Shown here: piece by piece, positions 28,820-39,433 of the stretch
How the letters are laid out: the number at the start of each line of letters is the position of its first letter
Numbering within the stretch: the stretch's first letter is position 1
From: Candidatus Bathyarchaeia archaeon
GTDB lineage: Archaea > Thermoproteota > Bathyarchaeia > Bathyarchaeales > Bathycorpusculaceae
Assembly: GCA_038883775.1 (NCBI GenBank)
Contig: JAVZLM010000009.1
Span: 1 to 64,000, forward strand
Direction of reading: 5' to 3'
Length of the DNA: 64,000 nucleotides
The notes under the pieces: generated by a model
Seen by the model: only the letters and a program-made list of their open reading frames with translations
What the model was told of the DNA's origin: nothing
Database searches by the model: none
Translations under genes and position numbers: made by a program

Positions 28820-30058
28820 TCAGCCCACCACCGAATAACCTTCCAAACTCCACAAAGCCAAAATCGCCTGATAAGCAACATTACCAACTAAAACCTGACG
28901 AATATCAGTGGCAACCCACTCTTTGCCAGAGGGATCATCTCCAAAAACTATTGGAAAAGCCATAGAGCTTAAACCCCAAGGCATTAAAACAACACCAGAG
29001 TCGCTAGGATTTGCGCTTTTTCTATAAGTGACAACCAAAATGCCAGGGTTATATGTGGGAATAATTATTTTTTCATAGGCGTGTTGGGGATCTTGACCAT
29101 AGTTTAGTAAACCCACCTTCCCTACAGCCAACGGCATCTCTCGAAGTGCGAAATCCTCTGTAAGTAATACAAAAGTTGCATTGTAGGTTATAGCAGCTGG
29201 ATTAGCTCCGCCATGAACATCCCAACTGTGCGCAAGAAGAACCTCTCCGCTTTCATTTCCAAAGTTAGAGACAAAAGGAATAACATAATTCTGTTTATAT
29301 AATACATGCTCGTAATAACCAGTTCCAATCAACCCGCTGTGATGAGCGTAAACAATTAGCACATATGACTCATTTGATTCATTCACACTTGAGAAACTCA
29401 ATATTGCTGAACCTTCAGCGTTAGTGTAAGCGGTTCCATAATCTGTGGAGAAAGCTGGATACGGACCTTTACCTCCGGTCGGTTCGACTGTGATAAAGCA
29501 ATAGCTAACAATTGCGTTATAAAGAGGAAAACCCGCCCCCTTAACATTCACGGAAAATGTCAACGGTTTAGATTGCAGTTTTGAAATTGTAACCGACACG
29601 ATTGGCGTTATAGTTAATCGAAAACCGTAAGTTCCATTTATTCCAAGCAAACGCGATGCAAAAGAATAGTTAATTGCTTCATTAAATGATACAAGCAAGA
29701 AGTTGCCAAATCCCATAGTAATATTGCTATAATACTGTCCTGTCTTAGGGTAATAAACTGGCTTTCCTGCCGCAGACATTAAACGCATTAATGAGAAGGG
29801 ACTAAGCCTATACTGCGTGAACTCTGGATCTTGCAATCCAAAACCATAAGGAGTACAATTGCTTTTACCCCAATTTGGTGGAAAGCCTGGATTTAGGAGC
29901 ATGTTATCGAGGAGGTCGCTGCATTTTGTTGCAAGATATCTGTGGCGCTGATATAAAATGGCTGTTTGGATTGTCTGGTTGAAAAGACTTATGAAAATGA
30001 GTGTGGCTCCCAGAAAAATTGTTACGGAAACCAAGTGATCTATGGTTGAGCCGGCCAT
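28820..30058 (-). CDS. Pilus-associated minor pilin-like protein
   Basis: G/STIDHLVS plus hydrophobic helix, PG.P.NWG motif; within the pilus operon. Confidence 0.7.
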   Translation of the reverse strand: MAGSTIDHLVSVTIFLGATLIFISLFNQTIQTAILYQRHRYLATKCSDLLDNMLLNPGFPPNWGKSNCTPYGFGLQDPEFTQYRLSPFSLMRLMSAAGKPVYYPKTGQYYSNITMGFGNFLLVSFNEAINYSFASRLLGINGTYGFRLTITPIVSVTISKLQSKPLTFSVNVKGAGFPLYNAIVSYCFITVEPTGGKGPYPAFSTDYGTAYTNAEGSAILSFSSVNESNESYVLIVYAHHSGLIGTGYYEHVLYKQNYVIPFVSNFGNESGEVLLAHSWDVHGGANPAAITYNATFVLLTEDFALREMPLAVGKVGLLNYGQDPQHAYEKIIIPTYNPGILVVTYRKSANPSDSGVVLMPWGLSSMAFPIVFGDDPSGKEWVATDIRQVLVGNVAYQAILALWSLEGYSVVG

Positions 30059-30064
30059 TTTTGC

Positions 30065-30547
30065 TTATCCTCCAAAAGAGAGGCATATGGTTCCATTCAC
30101 GAATTTTTCAGCTTTTATGCATGCGTTTGTAGAATTGCTAATGAAAAGTGATTCACGCCACGTAACATTTTGACCCAAAATAACCGAAGTTTTAACCGTG
30201 ATTCCAACAGTTCTCAGTTTAAGCGTTATCTCCAAAACTTTGCTTGAATTCAATGCAGGATCCAAAACAGTCTTCAAAGTCGCATTTCCAACATACGGAT
30301 AATTCTCTATAAATGGCGGAACATCCGCCTTTTGCGTAATAGTTCCAGCCGATATAGAATCATGGTTTAAGGCAAAATACACCTGCTGTATACTGCTTCC
30401 TAAATGGCTTGCAGCTTCCTGAAGCGCCAAGGTCCTACGAGAATCAATCCAAATATTCATAAGCCAACTTGCCGTCAAAGGAAAGAGGAAAATCTGCAAA
30501 ATTAGAACTGGAACCATGATCACATATTCAATAGTTACATGCGGCAC
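30065..30547 (-). CDS. Pilin-like protein (TadE-like N-terminus)
   Basis: TIEYVIMVPVL N-terminus; within the pilus operon. Confidence 0.7.
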   Translation of the reverse strand: MPHVTIEYVIMVPVLILQIFLFPLTASWLMNIWIDSRRTLALQEAASHLGSSIQQVYFALNHDSISAGTITQKADVPPFIENYPYVGNATLKTVLDPALNSSKVLEITLKLRTVGITVKTSVILGQNVTWRESLFISNSTNACIKAEKFVNGTICLSFGG

Positions 30548-30559
30548 CCATAGCCCCTC

Positions 30560-31426
30560 CTAACCATGCAACCCTAAAGAAACAATCACCTCACTAGTGT
30601 AAAACTCGATAATGGAGCCGCTTGGAACATTCAACGTTTCTTCTATCTCATCAAAATTGAAGAAACTCTCACCAAAGCCTAAACTGCTCTTTGGAAAAGA
30701 AACACTTATCTTAACCGAATTAACACTAGCCATAGTTTTAACTGAAACATTCCTTCCCGTAAGAGTTACAGACTGAGAAAGACGAGGATTCGTCTCAGAA
30801 GGCTTAAGAACGGGCAAGTAAAATTTAAAATAATTTTTCACCCCTCCGCCAGCAGATATAGTCGAATTCAAAACCCTAATTATTGGGACCACAACAACCC
30901 TTATGTAATCGCCATCAGCCATAGGCAACTTCTCAACAACATAAACATAGCTTACAGGCGCTGAAGATCCAACTTGAAGGAAAGACTTGTCTGAAGGAAA
31001 GATGCTTTCATAATAGTTATTTCCAACAGAATATTTGCTTATGGGCATATTAAACAAAAGAATACCAGTAGTATAACTTGCAAAGTAAACAGTTCCATTC
31101 ACAAAAACAGTATAATTTAAAGCAGCACTTTCAAAATTAACCTGCCCATATTTGCTTGCGTAACGAACTGTTTGAGTACGTCCAATAATCCAAGCCACAT
31201 CGTCTATTTGAAGCCCAACCGTCTGCATAAATTGTTTTACAGCGCTAAACTCGTTCTCCGCCATCCTCGCAGTCAAAAAGTTGTTGGCAAATACAACAGC
31301 CACAAGAAGAAGCACAACTACAGCGCTTGTTAATATGACAGTGGAAATTGCTGGACTAACCCCTCGCTCGTCCTTTCTTAATTCGAATCTTACGGTTTTC
31401 TTAATTGTTTCTCCCTCCCTAACCAA
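30560..31426 (-). CDS. Minor pilin with class III signal peptide
   Basis: ERG/VSPAISTVIL hydrophobic segment. Confidence 0.8.
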   Translation of the reverse strand: MVREGETIKKTVRFELRKDERGVSPAISTVILTSAVVVLLLVAVVFANNFLTARMAENEFSAVKQFMQTVGLQIDDVAWIIGRTQTVRYASKYGQVNFESAALNYTVFVNGTVYFASYTTGILLFNMPISKYSVGNNYYESIFPSDKSFLQVGSSAPVSYVYVVEKLPMADGDYIRVVVVPIIRVLNSTISAGGGVKNYFKFYLPVLKPSETNPRLSQSVTLTGRNVSVKTMASVNSVKISVSFPKSSLGFGESFFNFDEIEETLNVPSGSIIEFYTSEVIVSLGLHG

Positions 31427-33119
31427 AACTTATAAACATGGGCACTAACTTCGCTGCCAAAACAGCAATAATCACCAGAACAGCAGCATGCTTAAAACCG
31501 GCAGCAACAGATTCCTCGCTGATTTTGCCAGCTACAATACCAATCAAATAGCTATGGAAAATACATGAAGTAGTAAACGTCATTATTAGCGGAGTTAGGT
31601 CCTTTTTCTGACCAGTTTCAGCTACACCAAGTGTGCCTGATGTAAAGCCTATCATCATTGTTGTTGTTGCCACAAGAAGGATAGCCGCAAAATAGGGCAT
31701 TAATATGTATGGGCGGACAGCCATTTTCTTCTCCTTTTCAACTTCCTGCGTTAAATTGTTGAATCTTGCCAGCGACTCTATCATTGCTATTGTTCCGCCG
31801 CCTACGTCTATTGTTTCAACAAGCAGAAACATGACAATCTGAGCCATCCAGCTTCGCATTCGCTTGACAAAATCCATTATAACCTTTCTTACGGGCACGC
31901 CCCAACTGATTTCAGAACTTATTTTTCGCAGTTCTTTACTGAACTCGCCATAGTCTCGGTTGGAAAGGCTTTCAATGCATTTTTCTGGTGATAAGCCCGT
32001 CTTTCTGACCTCTGTTAAATCTCTGAGGAAGCTGTTGATGCCTTGTTCAATGCTTGCCTTCTTTTTAGAGAGCCTACTGTTAACAACAGCTGCTGGCGCT
32101 GTGGCAACAAATAAGGATATGGCGATGGCAACGGGCAAGTCTATAATGTTTTGAAAACTGCTGAAAAGCGGTACTTCTATGAAACCTATAAAGTTCGTCA
32201 ATAATAGAAACAATATTACGGCTAGGATGCTGCAAACTCCGAAAACCTTGTAGGGACGCGTTTCCACCACTGGCGTTTTTGGTTGCATGCTATGAGCCAA
32301 ATAGATGAACATGAAAGAAAGCATGGGCGTGAATAAGTAAGTATACAAGATTATGCCAGAATACATGGATATGCCGACACTGTATATGGATTCTACGCTG
32401 AATAGTATATAGAAGCAGAGAGACATCAAAACCATCACAATGATGAAAGTTTCTAAAAGCATTCCAAGTCTTTCAGCTGCAGCCTTAACACGCAAAGCCC
32501 TCGTTTTGAAAATGTCTTCAGCCTTTCTTTCAAGGAAATGTCCAATGTCACCGCCTATGATTACTGTTGAGGCATAGCCAGATAGGAAATCTTTGAAAAT
32601 GTCAAGGGGATTTCTCTTTGCCGCATTCTCTATGGCAGAAAGTGGGTCTATGCCAAAGATTTCTACATCTTTTATTATTTCCCTTGCTTCACTTCGCATG
32701 GCGGGCATTAATTCGACTTCAGCGAGTCGCTTAAAGCTTGTGTAGGGTGCTATGCCACCCGAAGCCATGACGCTGATGTAAGCTGCTGCGAAAGGCATTT
32801 CCCTTTCAATGTTGCTTGCCCTTTCACCAGCCCTTGAGATTGGTATGAGAAGGAAGCCTATCATCACATAAAATGGAAGGGGTACGAGAAAGATTATTGG
32901 AATGAAACCGTAAAGGTAGAGAATAATTATTGATATTATTGAGATTGGAAGTGTTAAAACTGCAATGAAAAACATTAGGGAAACATAGGTTTGGGGGTAA
33001 ATCTTGATTTTTGCCCTTTCAAGATAGTCCTTAAACTCGAGAACATGTTTTAGAAAGTAGGGGGCTGCTTTACCGAATATGCGGAAGGACCAAGCTTCAA
33101 GGGTTTCTAGAAACGGCAA
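31419..33119 (-). CDS. Type IV pilus assembly platform protein (TadC/FlaJ-like, T2SSF)
   Basis: Two T2SSF repeats, multiple TM, directly downstream of the ATPase. Confidence 0.92.
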   Translation of the reverse strand: MPFLETLEAWSFRIFGKAAPYFLKHVLEFKDYLERAKIKIYPQTYVSLMFFIAVLTLPISIISIIILYLYGFIPIIFLVPLPFYVMIGFLLIPISRAGERASNIEREMPFAAAYISVMASGGIAPYTSFKRLAEVELMPAMRSEAREIIKDVEIFGIDPLSAIENAAKRNPLDIFKDFLSGYASTVIIGGDIGHFLERKAEDIFKTRALRVKAAAERLGMLLETFIIVMVLMSLCFYILFSVESIYSVGISMYSGIILYTYLFTPMLSFMFIYLAHSMQPKTPVVETRPYKVFGVCSILAVILFLLLTNFIGFIEVPLFSSFQNIIDLPVAIAISLFVATAPAAVVNSRLSKKKASIEQGINSFLRDLTEVRKTGLSPEKCIESLSNRDYGEFSKELRKISSEISWGVPVRKVIMDFVKRMRSWMAQIVMFLLVETIDVGGGTIAMIESLARFNNLTQEVEKEKKMAVRPYILMPYFAAILLVATTTMMIGFTSGTLGVAETGQKKDLTPLIMTFTTSCIFHSYLIGIVAGKISEESVAAGFKHAAVLVIIAVLAAKLVPMFISFG

Positions 33120-34725
33120 TTGCTTTCACCTCCTCCCCGGCAACAACTTTTTCATAAATCTGTTTTGGTCGGGCATAATATTCAGCGATGATTGCAGCTA
33201 CATCTTTGTAGCTTCTAATGTTGCGTTCACGCATCCAGTGGAGAATTTCTTTGCGCCTATCTATCTCCTCAATTAGTTCCTTTTTACTGGCGCCAATGCG
33301 TTCAGAAATTGTTGACAACATCAAGCTTTTATCGAAGGCTGGTATGTGAGCGTCTTTTGTGGGGTGCCACTTGAAAGCACATCTGTAGTCTTCATAATCT
33401 GCGATTTCGTTGACATTAATTACACGCCTATACGCCTTCTTCTCAGCACCCTTTACCAAATGAACTCTTTGAATTGACAATACGATGTTCATCAATGGGA
33501 TGTAGGCGGGCGAAATGTCCATGGGCTTTGATGTTAAACGCTTAACAGCGGAGTCCAAGTTTTCAGCGTGCATTGTGCACATGCCGCCGTGCCCTGTGGC
33601 TAAAGCTTGAAAAAGCACATAGGCTTCTTGACCCCTCACCTCTCCCACAATCAATATGTCTGGTCTATGCCTCATGGAAGTCTTAACCAAGTCAAAGAGG
33701 GTTACTTCGCCGACGCTGCTTCCGCCTAAGCCATAGCTTTGTCTGGCAATGAGCGAAACCCAGTTTTCATGGGGAAGGTTAAGCTCTGCCGTTTCTTCTA
33801 TTGTTACTATTTTGCTTCCAGGCTTAATTAGGCAAGCCAAAGCGTTTAGGGCTGTGGTTTTTCCAGCAGCCGTTCCACCCAAAACCATAATTGAAGCCCT
33901 ATTTTCAAGGCATAGCCAGAAGTAGGCTGCCATCTCCTCTGAAAATGTGCCCAAATTTATTAAGTCAATTATTGAGTAGGGGTCTTCCCTAAATTTCCTA
34001 ATCGTGAAGGCGGTTCCGAAAGGTGTAACCTCACGTCTGTAACATACTGCAAGTCTATGCTTGCCTGGCAATGAGGCGTCTACTATGGGGAAGGCTGAGC
34101 TTACATGCTTTCCAGCCATGTGCACAAGTTTGACAACCATGTTGTCAAGTTCTTCATCATTTTCAAATTCCAAATTTGTTTCAATACTTTCATAGTTTCG
34201 ATGCCAAACATAGACTGGTTTGTTAACTCCGTCGCATGAAATATCTTCGATGTTAGGGTCTCGCATTAAGGGGTCAATTTTGCCGAAACCCACAAGGTCT
34301 CTTTCAGCGTGATAGAGAATTTTGTACCATGAAACGTCAGGCAGCCACCCCAGGCTTATACGATATTTATCAACGATTTTTTTGGCTTCTTCTGCAAAGA
34401 ATCTTCTTGGGTCAAGGACTTCCTCTTTTGGCGACTCTATTTCCGCCAATAAAATTTCTAATATGCGGTTGTAAACGCTTCTTTCGAGAGGGTCTAGCTG
34501 CAATTCGTCCAAGACGTACTTGTACTCGCCAGTTTTTGGGTACTGAACTATGGCTACATGGGCAAAGGGTTCGTAGAGTGGATATTTTTCCACAACTTTG
34601 AATCCTCTCGGTATGGGCTTTGGCGGTGGCGGAGGAATAACTACTTGTGGCTTTCGTTTAATGTTGAGTTTGATTCTTACTCTTTTGAGTTTGGTTAATG
34701 TTTCTTTGAGCTTCACTCGTACCAT
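33097..34725 (-). CDS. Type IV pilus assembly ATPase (VirB11/FlaI-like)
   Basis: IEDISCDG, GGTAAGKTT, TIEETAEL, MRHRPD, VGEVRG.E, TGH...TMHA. Confidence 0.95.
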   Translation of the reverse strand: MVRVKLKETLTKLKRVRIKLNIKRKPQVVIPPPPPKPIPRGFKVVEKYPLYEPFAHVAIVQYPKTGEYKYVLDELQLDPLERSVYNRILEILLAEIESPKEEVLDPRRFFAEEAKKIVDKYRISLGWLPDVSWYKILYHAERDLVGFGKIDPLMRDPNIEDISCDGVNKPVYVWHRNYESIETNLEFENDEELDNMVVKLVHMAGKHVSSAFPIVDASLPGKHRLAVCYRREVTPFGTAFTIRKFREDPYSIIDLINLGTFSEEMAAYFWLCLENRASIMVLGGTAAGKTTALNALACLIKPGSKIVTIEETAELNLPHENWVSLIARQSYGLGGSSVGEVTLFDLVKTSMRHRPDILIVGEVRGQEAYVLFQALATGHGGMCTMHAENLDSAVKRLTSKPMDISPAYIPLMNIVLSIQRVHLVKGAEKKAYRRVINVNEIADYEDYRCAFKWHPTKDAHIPAFDKSLMLSTISERIGASKKELIEEIDRRKEILHWMRERNIRSYKDVAAIIAEYYARPKQIYEKVVAGEEVKAIAVSRNP

Positions 34726-34790
34726 TGTGTTTTCTCCTAATCAATTATTATGATATGTACGGTCTATTAAATATTGCGTCTCACGAAACT

Positions 34791-37457
34791 TTACTCCGAG
34801 CCCTCTTCTCCACCCGCAGAAATTTCAATAACCTTCAATTTAACGAGAACGACAAACACCACAGCAACAACCACTGGGACAAGGATTATCAGAAGCATTG
34901 TCATCCAAGGCAAACCCTCGCTGGGTTTTGCTTCTGGATTAACAATTACGGAAACTTGTTCTTCGCCGCTTACATACCCGTATTTACTCGCATTAGCTGT
35001 CATATTGACGATTAGCGATATTGTTGTTTGAGGAGCAATGTAAACAAAGGTGCAATAGCCATTAACGTCTGACCAATTTGCCATTATTGGAATAGTTCCA
35101 CTGGTACAAGAAAGCGTAACCGAAGCATTAAAAACTGGAGCTTGGTTGCAACTGACATGCACAGTTACAATAGCAGATTCTTCTGGAACAATTACTGGCT
35201 CAACTATGATTTCGATGTGGAGTATCCCCGGATTAACAGTTATGTTAAACTGCTTTTCTCCATCAACGTATCCATCCTTGACTGCTTTCGCTAGAAGCGT
35301 TATGTTGCATGCCACATCTACTGAAGGCGCCATGAAGGTGAAAGTTGCATTACCATCCTCCCCACTCAAAGCAAAAGTTGGAACGAAAACTCCCCCACTT
35401 TCAGATGTTAATGTTATATTCACTCCAGCAATCGGATTTCCTTCGTACGATACTTGAACTGTTACATTTACTCTTCCTTCAGAAATAGTTGTAGCAGGAT
35501 TTGCAGTAACTTCAACAAAAAGAACTTTAGGTTCTATGGGTATTATACATAAGCCTTGTCCCTTTCCATAACCAGCTTTCGTAGCGATAACCAGAATAGT
35601 GCCGTTTATTTGAGTTAAAGTTTGAGAGGCTGTGAAATCAAAAATTGCCACACCGTTTGAGTCTGTTACGCTTGTTGTCGCTGAAAGGTTACCGTTCTCG
35701 GCAGACAGCACAAGCGAAACATTAGAAACTGGCTTTTCGAAATTATCCAACACTTGGATTGTGATGGTTGCCGTCTCTTCAGATTTAAGCGTATGCGGAT
35801 CAGCACTCATTTGAACGGTAAGAGGTGGAAGAACCTTCAAATAATCGTAGGCTGAACCATCAGCGTAAGAAAGTTTTGAAGCTCTTGCGATGATTCTAAC
35901 GTCCTCTATATCGGTGACATTTGGTGCTTTGAATATCGCAGTAAAGTAACCAGCCGAATCTGTTAAACCGCGTTGAGGCGTGAAAATTCCACCTTTTACC
36001 GAAAACAGTGTAATGTTTGCGCCTTCTACAGCGCTTCCATCATAGGAAACATAAACAGTAACTGAAACCTCTTCATTATATTCTGTTGTATAATCACTAA
36101 GAGTAATTGACACATCCAACGATGGTAAGTTTACAACGTTTATTTCTGCAGTAGCAATGTTGCTGGTAGTATTGAAATCATCTTTAACCATTAAACTCGC
36201 AAAGTATGTTCCTGTTGAACTATAATTGTGGAAGAAAAGAGATAAGGTTGTCCAACTGCTGTTGCTTCTATCTCCGAAATCGAAAAGATAATAGTTAACT
36301 TGCCCATCATCATATGAGTCAGCACCCACAAAAGTCACTGCTTGGTTAGGTGCAACCAAAACCTTATCTGTCCAAAGGATTGCCGTGGGAGGAGCATTCT
36401 CGTAATCGATGGGATGCGTTAAAAAGAAGATAAAATTAAGATTAGCTCCGTTTCCACCTACTTGATTTCCTTTCCCCCGCGGGTTTAATGTAGGATGATA
36501 AGGTCCGCTTTGGCTACCCCAATAATTGTACGTTGCATCTACAGAGGCTTCGGAAGAAACGTCCATACCTAAGTTGTTGCCAATTATGTCGTTAAAGTGG
36601 GCTATATGCCCCATTCCACTTTCATACATAACTCCAACATGATTGTTTAAAATGTGATTTCTTGTAATGTTGGTAACAGCATCGCTTGATATGCAGAAGC
36701 CATAGTAGTTTTGGAAAACTGTGTTATTTACGATAACAGTGTTGCTGTAAGCGTCTGCTTCGCAGAGTATTCCGCTGTGCTGGTTAAAAGATATTTGGTT
36801 TTGAGTTATGCTCACTTTCGATGTTAAAACTCCATTTAGGATTATGCCTTCTCCATTGCCGCTTATAAGGTTATTATGAACGCTAACCCGGCTGTTGCCG
36901 CTTATGAAAATTCCACCAGTGTTGTTTAACACTTTACAATTTTCAATATCTACATAACCATCCAAAATTGTAACTCCATTTTCAGAATTGTATCTAATGG
37001 TGCTTTCTTGAATGTTCACATGACCATTTTCTACGGTTATTCCGTTCATTCCATATTCTATGATGCAATTTGAGAGGGAAGATTCTTGTGTGGAATTAAA
37101 CTTGAGTGTTCCCCATTCGCCAGTTTTAGGTTCAAGCGTGTTTGAGGTAAACTTTATCGCTTTATTTTCTGTGCCTTCAGCAACGAGTCTGCCTTCTATG
37201 ATTATGTTGAAAAATCCTCCAAAGCGCACTTCAACACCTGGTTCAATAGTTAAAGTTGCGTTGGAACAAACTATGGTTTCGTTTGAAATTATGAAGGGAC
37301 TGTCGAAAAGCGTCCATATAGTGTCTAGCGTAATGTAGCCTTCAACATAAGTTGCTTTTACAGAAGGAAATAATATTATATTTGCAAAACTGAAAATGCT
37401 AAAAATCAAAGTCAACAGAATAAAGTATACCCTAAATTGTTTCTGCATGTTTTTCAT
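34791..37457 (-). CDS. Cell-surface protein: beta-helix plus PKD plus Ig-like repeats, C-terminal TM anchor
   Basis: SPFII...TLTIEPGV, Asn-rich beta-helix, FDFGD (PKD), repeated TDSxG.A.F Ig-like units. Confidence 0.85.
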   Translation of the reverse strand: MKNMQKQFRVYFILLTLIFSIFSFANIILFPSVKATYVEGYITLDTIWTLFDSPFIISNETIVCSNATLTIEPGVEVRFGGFFNIIIEGRLVAEGTENKAIKFTSNTLEPKTGEWGTLKFNSTQESSLSNCIIEYGMNGITVENGHVNIQESTIRYNSENGVTILDGYVDIENCKVLNNTGGIFISGNSRVSVHNNLISGNGEGIILNGVLTSKVSITQNQISFNQHSGILCEADAYSNTVIVNNTVFQNYYGFCISSDAVTNITRNHILNNHVGVMYESGMGHIAHFNDIIGNNLGMDVSSEASVDATYNYWGSQSGPYHPTLNPRGKGNQVGGNGANLNFIFFLTHPIDYENAPPTAILWTDKVLVAPNQAVTFVGADSYDDGQVNYYLFDFGDRSNSSWTTLSLFFHNYSSTGTYFASLMVKDDFNTTSNIATAEINVVNLPSLDVSITLSDYTTEYNEEVSVTVYVSYDGSAVEGANITLFSVKGGIFTPQRGLTDSAGYFTAIFKAPNVTDIEDVRIIARASKLSYADGSAYDYLKVLPPLTVQMSADPHTLKSEETATITIQVLDNFEKPVSNVSLVLSAENGNLSATTSVTDSNGVAIFDFTASQTLTQINGTILVIATKAGYGKGQGLCIIPIEPKVLFVEVTANPATTISEGRVNVTVQVSYEGNPIAGVNITLTSESGGVFVPTFALSGEDGNATFTFMAPSVDVACNITLLAKAVKDGYVDGEKQFNITVNPGILHIEIIVEPVIVPEESAIVTVHVSCNQAPVFNASVTLSCTSGTIPIMANWSDVNGYCTFVYIAPQTTISLIVNMTANASKYGYVSGEEQVSVIVNPEAKPSEGLPWMTMLLIILVPVVVAVVFVVLVKLKVIEISAGGEEGSE

Positions 37458-37600
37458 CTCTTAGTTAATCAAGTATCGCTATGCCACTAACAGTTTAAGC
37501 ATTATGAATTTTGAATAAAACTTCAAAATCTGTAATAAACGTCTTAGCAAGAGATTTAATGCCGTAAGATAACAACCATAAACAAAAAGGAGGAAAACCT

Positions 37601-38374
37601 TTGAAAAGTTTCACAGCCCTCGCCCTTAACAATTTTCCATTAATAAAATCAGGAGATAACGTAGCAAAGAAAATTGTCGAAACCGCCAGAAAGAATGGCT
37701 TAAAAATTGAGGATGGCGACGTAATAGTTGCTGCTCAAAAAATTTTCTCTAAAGCCGAGAAGAGAGTTGTCAAATTGAGGGATGTTGTTCCTTCAGAAAA
37801 AGCCAAGGAAATCGCAAAAATAACGGGTAAAGGACCGAAATTTGTTGAGCTTGTTCTTAAAGAAACAAAAAGAATAGTGAAGGCTTCCCGTGAAGTTTTG
37901 TTAGTGGAGGATAAACGCGGTTTAGTGTGCATAAACGCTGGAATAGACAAATCAAACGTGGAAGGCGCAGAAAACTTTGCATTGCTTCCACAAAATCCAG
38001 ATGAATCAGCCCAAAAATGCCGCAAAGAAATAAAAAGACTGACGGGTAAAACCGTCGCCGTAATAATATGCGACACTTACAGTCGCCCATTCAAAAGGGG
38101 ACAAGTAAACTTCGCCATTGGTTTGGCGGGCATAAGACCCTTCAAAGACTACCGTGGAAAAAGGGACCTTTTCGGACAAATCTTAAAAGTTAAAAATGTT
38201 GCGGTTGCCGATGAGATTGCTGCAGCAGCAGAACTTCTCATGGGACAAGCGGATGAGGCAACACCAGTGGTTATTTTCAAAGGGTTAAACAACATCGTGC
38301 AATATTGTGAAAACTGCAGTGCAAGTGAGTTGCAGATTTCAAGGGAAGAAGACCTCTTTAAAGAGGCATTATAA
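37601..38374 (+). CDS. cofE: Coenzyme F420-0:L-glutamate ligase
   Basis: KIFSKAE, NAGIDKSN, DTYSRPFKRG, AVADEIAAAAEL.MGQ. Confidence 0.92.
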   Translation: MKSFTALALNNFPLIKSGDNVAKKIVETARKNGLKIEDGDVIVAAQKIFSKAEKRVVKLRDVVPSEKAKEIAKITGKGPKFVELVLKETKRIVKASREVLLVEDKRGLVCINAGIDKSNVEGAENFALLPQNPDESAQKCRKEIKRLTGKTVAVIICDTYSRPFKRGQVNFAIGLAGIRPFKDYRGKRDLFGQILKVKNVAVADEIAAAAELLMGQADEATPVVIFKGLNNIVQYCENCSASELQISREEDLFKEAL

Positions 38375-39004
38375 ACCTTGCAAAAAGGGATTGTTAAGTT
38401 TCTCTTCACCAATGGTTGTTATAGGTCCGTGCCCAGGATAAACGATAAAATGGTCTGGCAAAGCTGCCAATTTCTTCAAGGACACCATCATATCTTGTTC
38501 GGAACTTTCTGGAAAATCTGTTCTTCCAATAGAACCCCAAAACAATGTGTCGCCAGTAAAAACCTCCCCCTCACCAATAAGGGCTATCCCCCCGCGAGTA
38601 TGACCAGGCGTATGCATAACCCTTAATGTTATTTTTCCAAATTTGACCAAAGCGCCCTCGTGCAGCATCACGTCTGGTTTTGGCGAGAAACTCCTAAAAC
38701 CGAGAAAATGGGTAGCTATTTTGCCTCTTTCACTAAGCATGGGAGCATCAAACTCATGAATCAGGATGGGCACATTAAATTTTCCTTTAACAATACCGTT
38801 TCCGCATGTATGATCTGGATGCCCATGGGTGTTCAAAATAAACTTCAAAGTTAAAAATTTATCATTAACATAATTGAAAATTTTTTCTGCTTCACGGCTA
38901 TTGTCAAAACCCGGATCTATGATTATTGCTTCCATTGTTTGCTTGCAGTTTACAACATAACAGTTCGTCATTAAGTCGCCAACAGTAAACAACTGTACTA
39001 CCAT
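38369..39004 (-). CDS. MBL-fold metallohydrolase (glyoxalase II-like)
   Basis: THGHPDH, HTPGHT, TGDTLF, GRTDF, PGHG. Confidence 0.93.
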   Translation of the reverse strand: MVVQLFTVGDLMTNCYVVNCKQTMEAIIIDPGFDNSREAEKIFNYVNDKFLTLKFILNTHGHPDHTCGNGIVKGKFNVPILIHEFDAPMLSERGKIATHFLGFRSFSPKPDVMLHEGALVKFGKITLRVMHTPGHTRGGIALIGEGEVFTGDTLFWGSIGRTDFPESSEQDMMVSLKKLAALPDHFIVYPGHGPITTIGEEKLNNPFLQGL

Positions 39005-39109
39005 TTAAGTTCACCATTGAAGCCTAATTTTGTATTAATAGCTCTTCTGGTTTTGCTGCACGATAAACTTTACCGAAATCATTAAGTTTTCAGAAAAACA
39101 CAATTGTTT

Positions 39110-39334
39110 ATGGAGATTGGAGAATCTTTGAAGTTTCAAGAAATTGAAGAAGCATTTAGCCGCTTCAAAATATGTCCCAAATGTAACTCTAGAGAGGGAT
39201 TTTGGCTTGGAATGAAACGTGATCATGTCTATGTTCAGTGCAAGAGTTGTGGAGGAAACTTTGAGCTTTTTGAAGTTTTCGCTTTTAATGAGAAGCATGA
39301 ATTGCCTAAGCGATTGAAGTTTTTTAGGAAATAA
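39110..39334 (+). CDS. Small zinc-ribbon protein
   Basis: CPKC...CKSC. Confidence 0.75.
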   Translation: MEIGESLKFQEIEEAFSRFKICPKCNSREGFWLGMKRDHVYVQCKSCGGNFELFEVFAFNEKHELPKRLKFFRK

Positions 39335-39433
39335 ATGTGGGATGTTTTGATTTTATGTTCTAATTCTGAGTCAGAACCTCTAAAAAATTTTTAATAAATG
39401 TGCTAACCCTTTCATACGTGACCCAAAAGAGGA

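Noticed and set aside
24946-34725. Archaellum (motility) operon
   Set aside because: No ArlF/G/H or chemotaxis genes in the operon, and the pilin lacks the archaellin N-terminal consensus.
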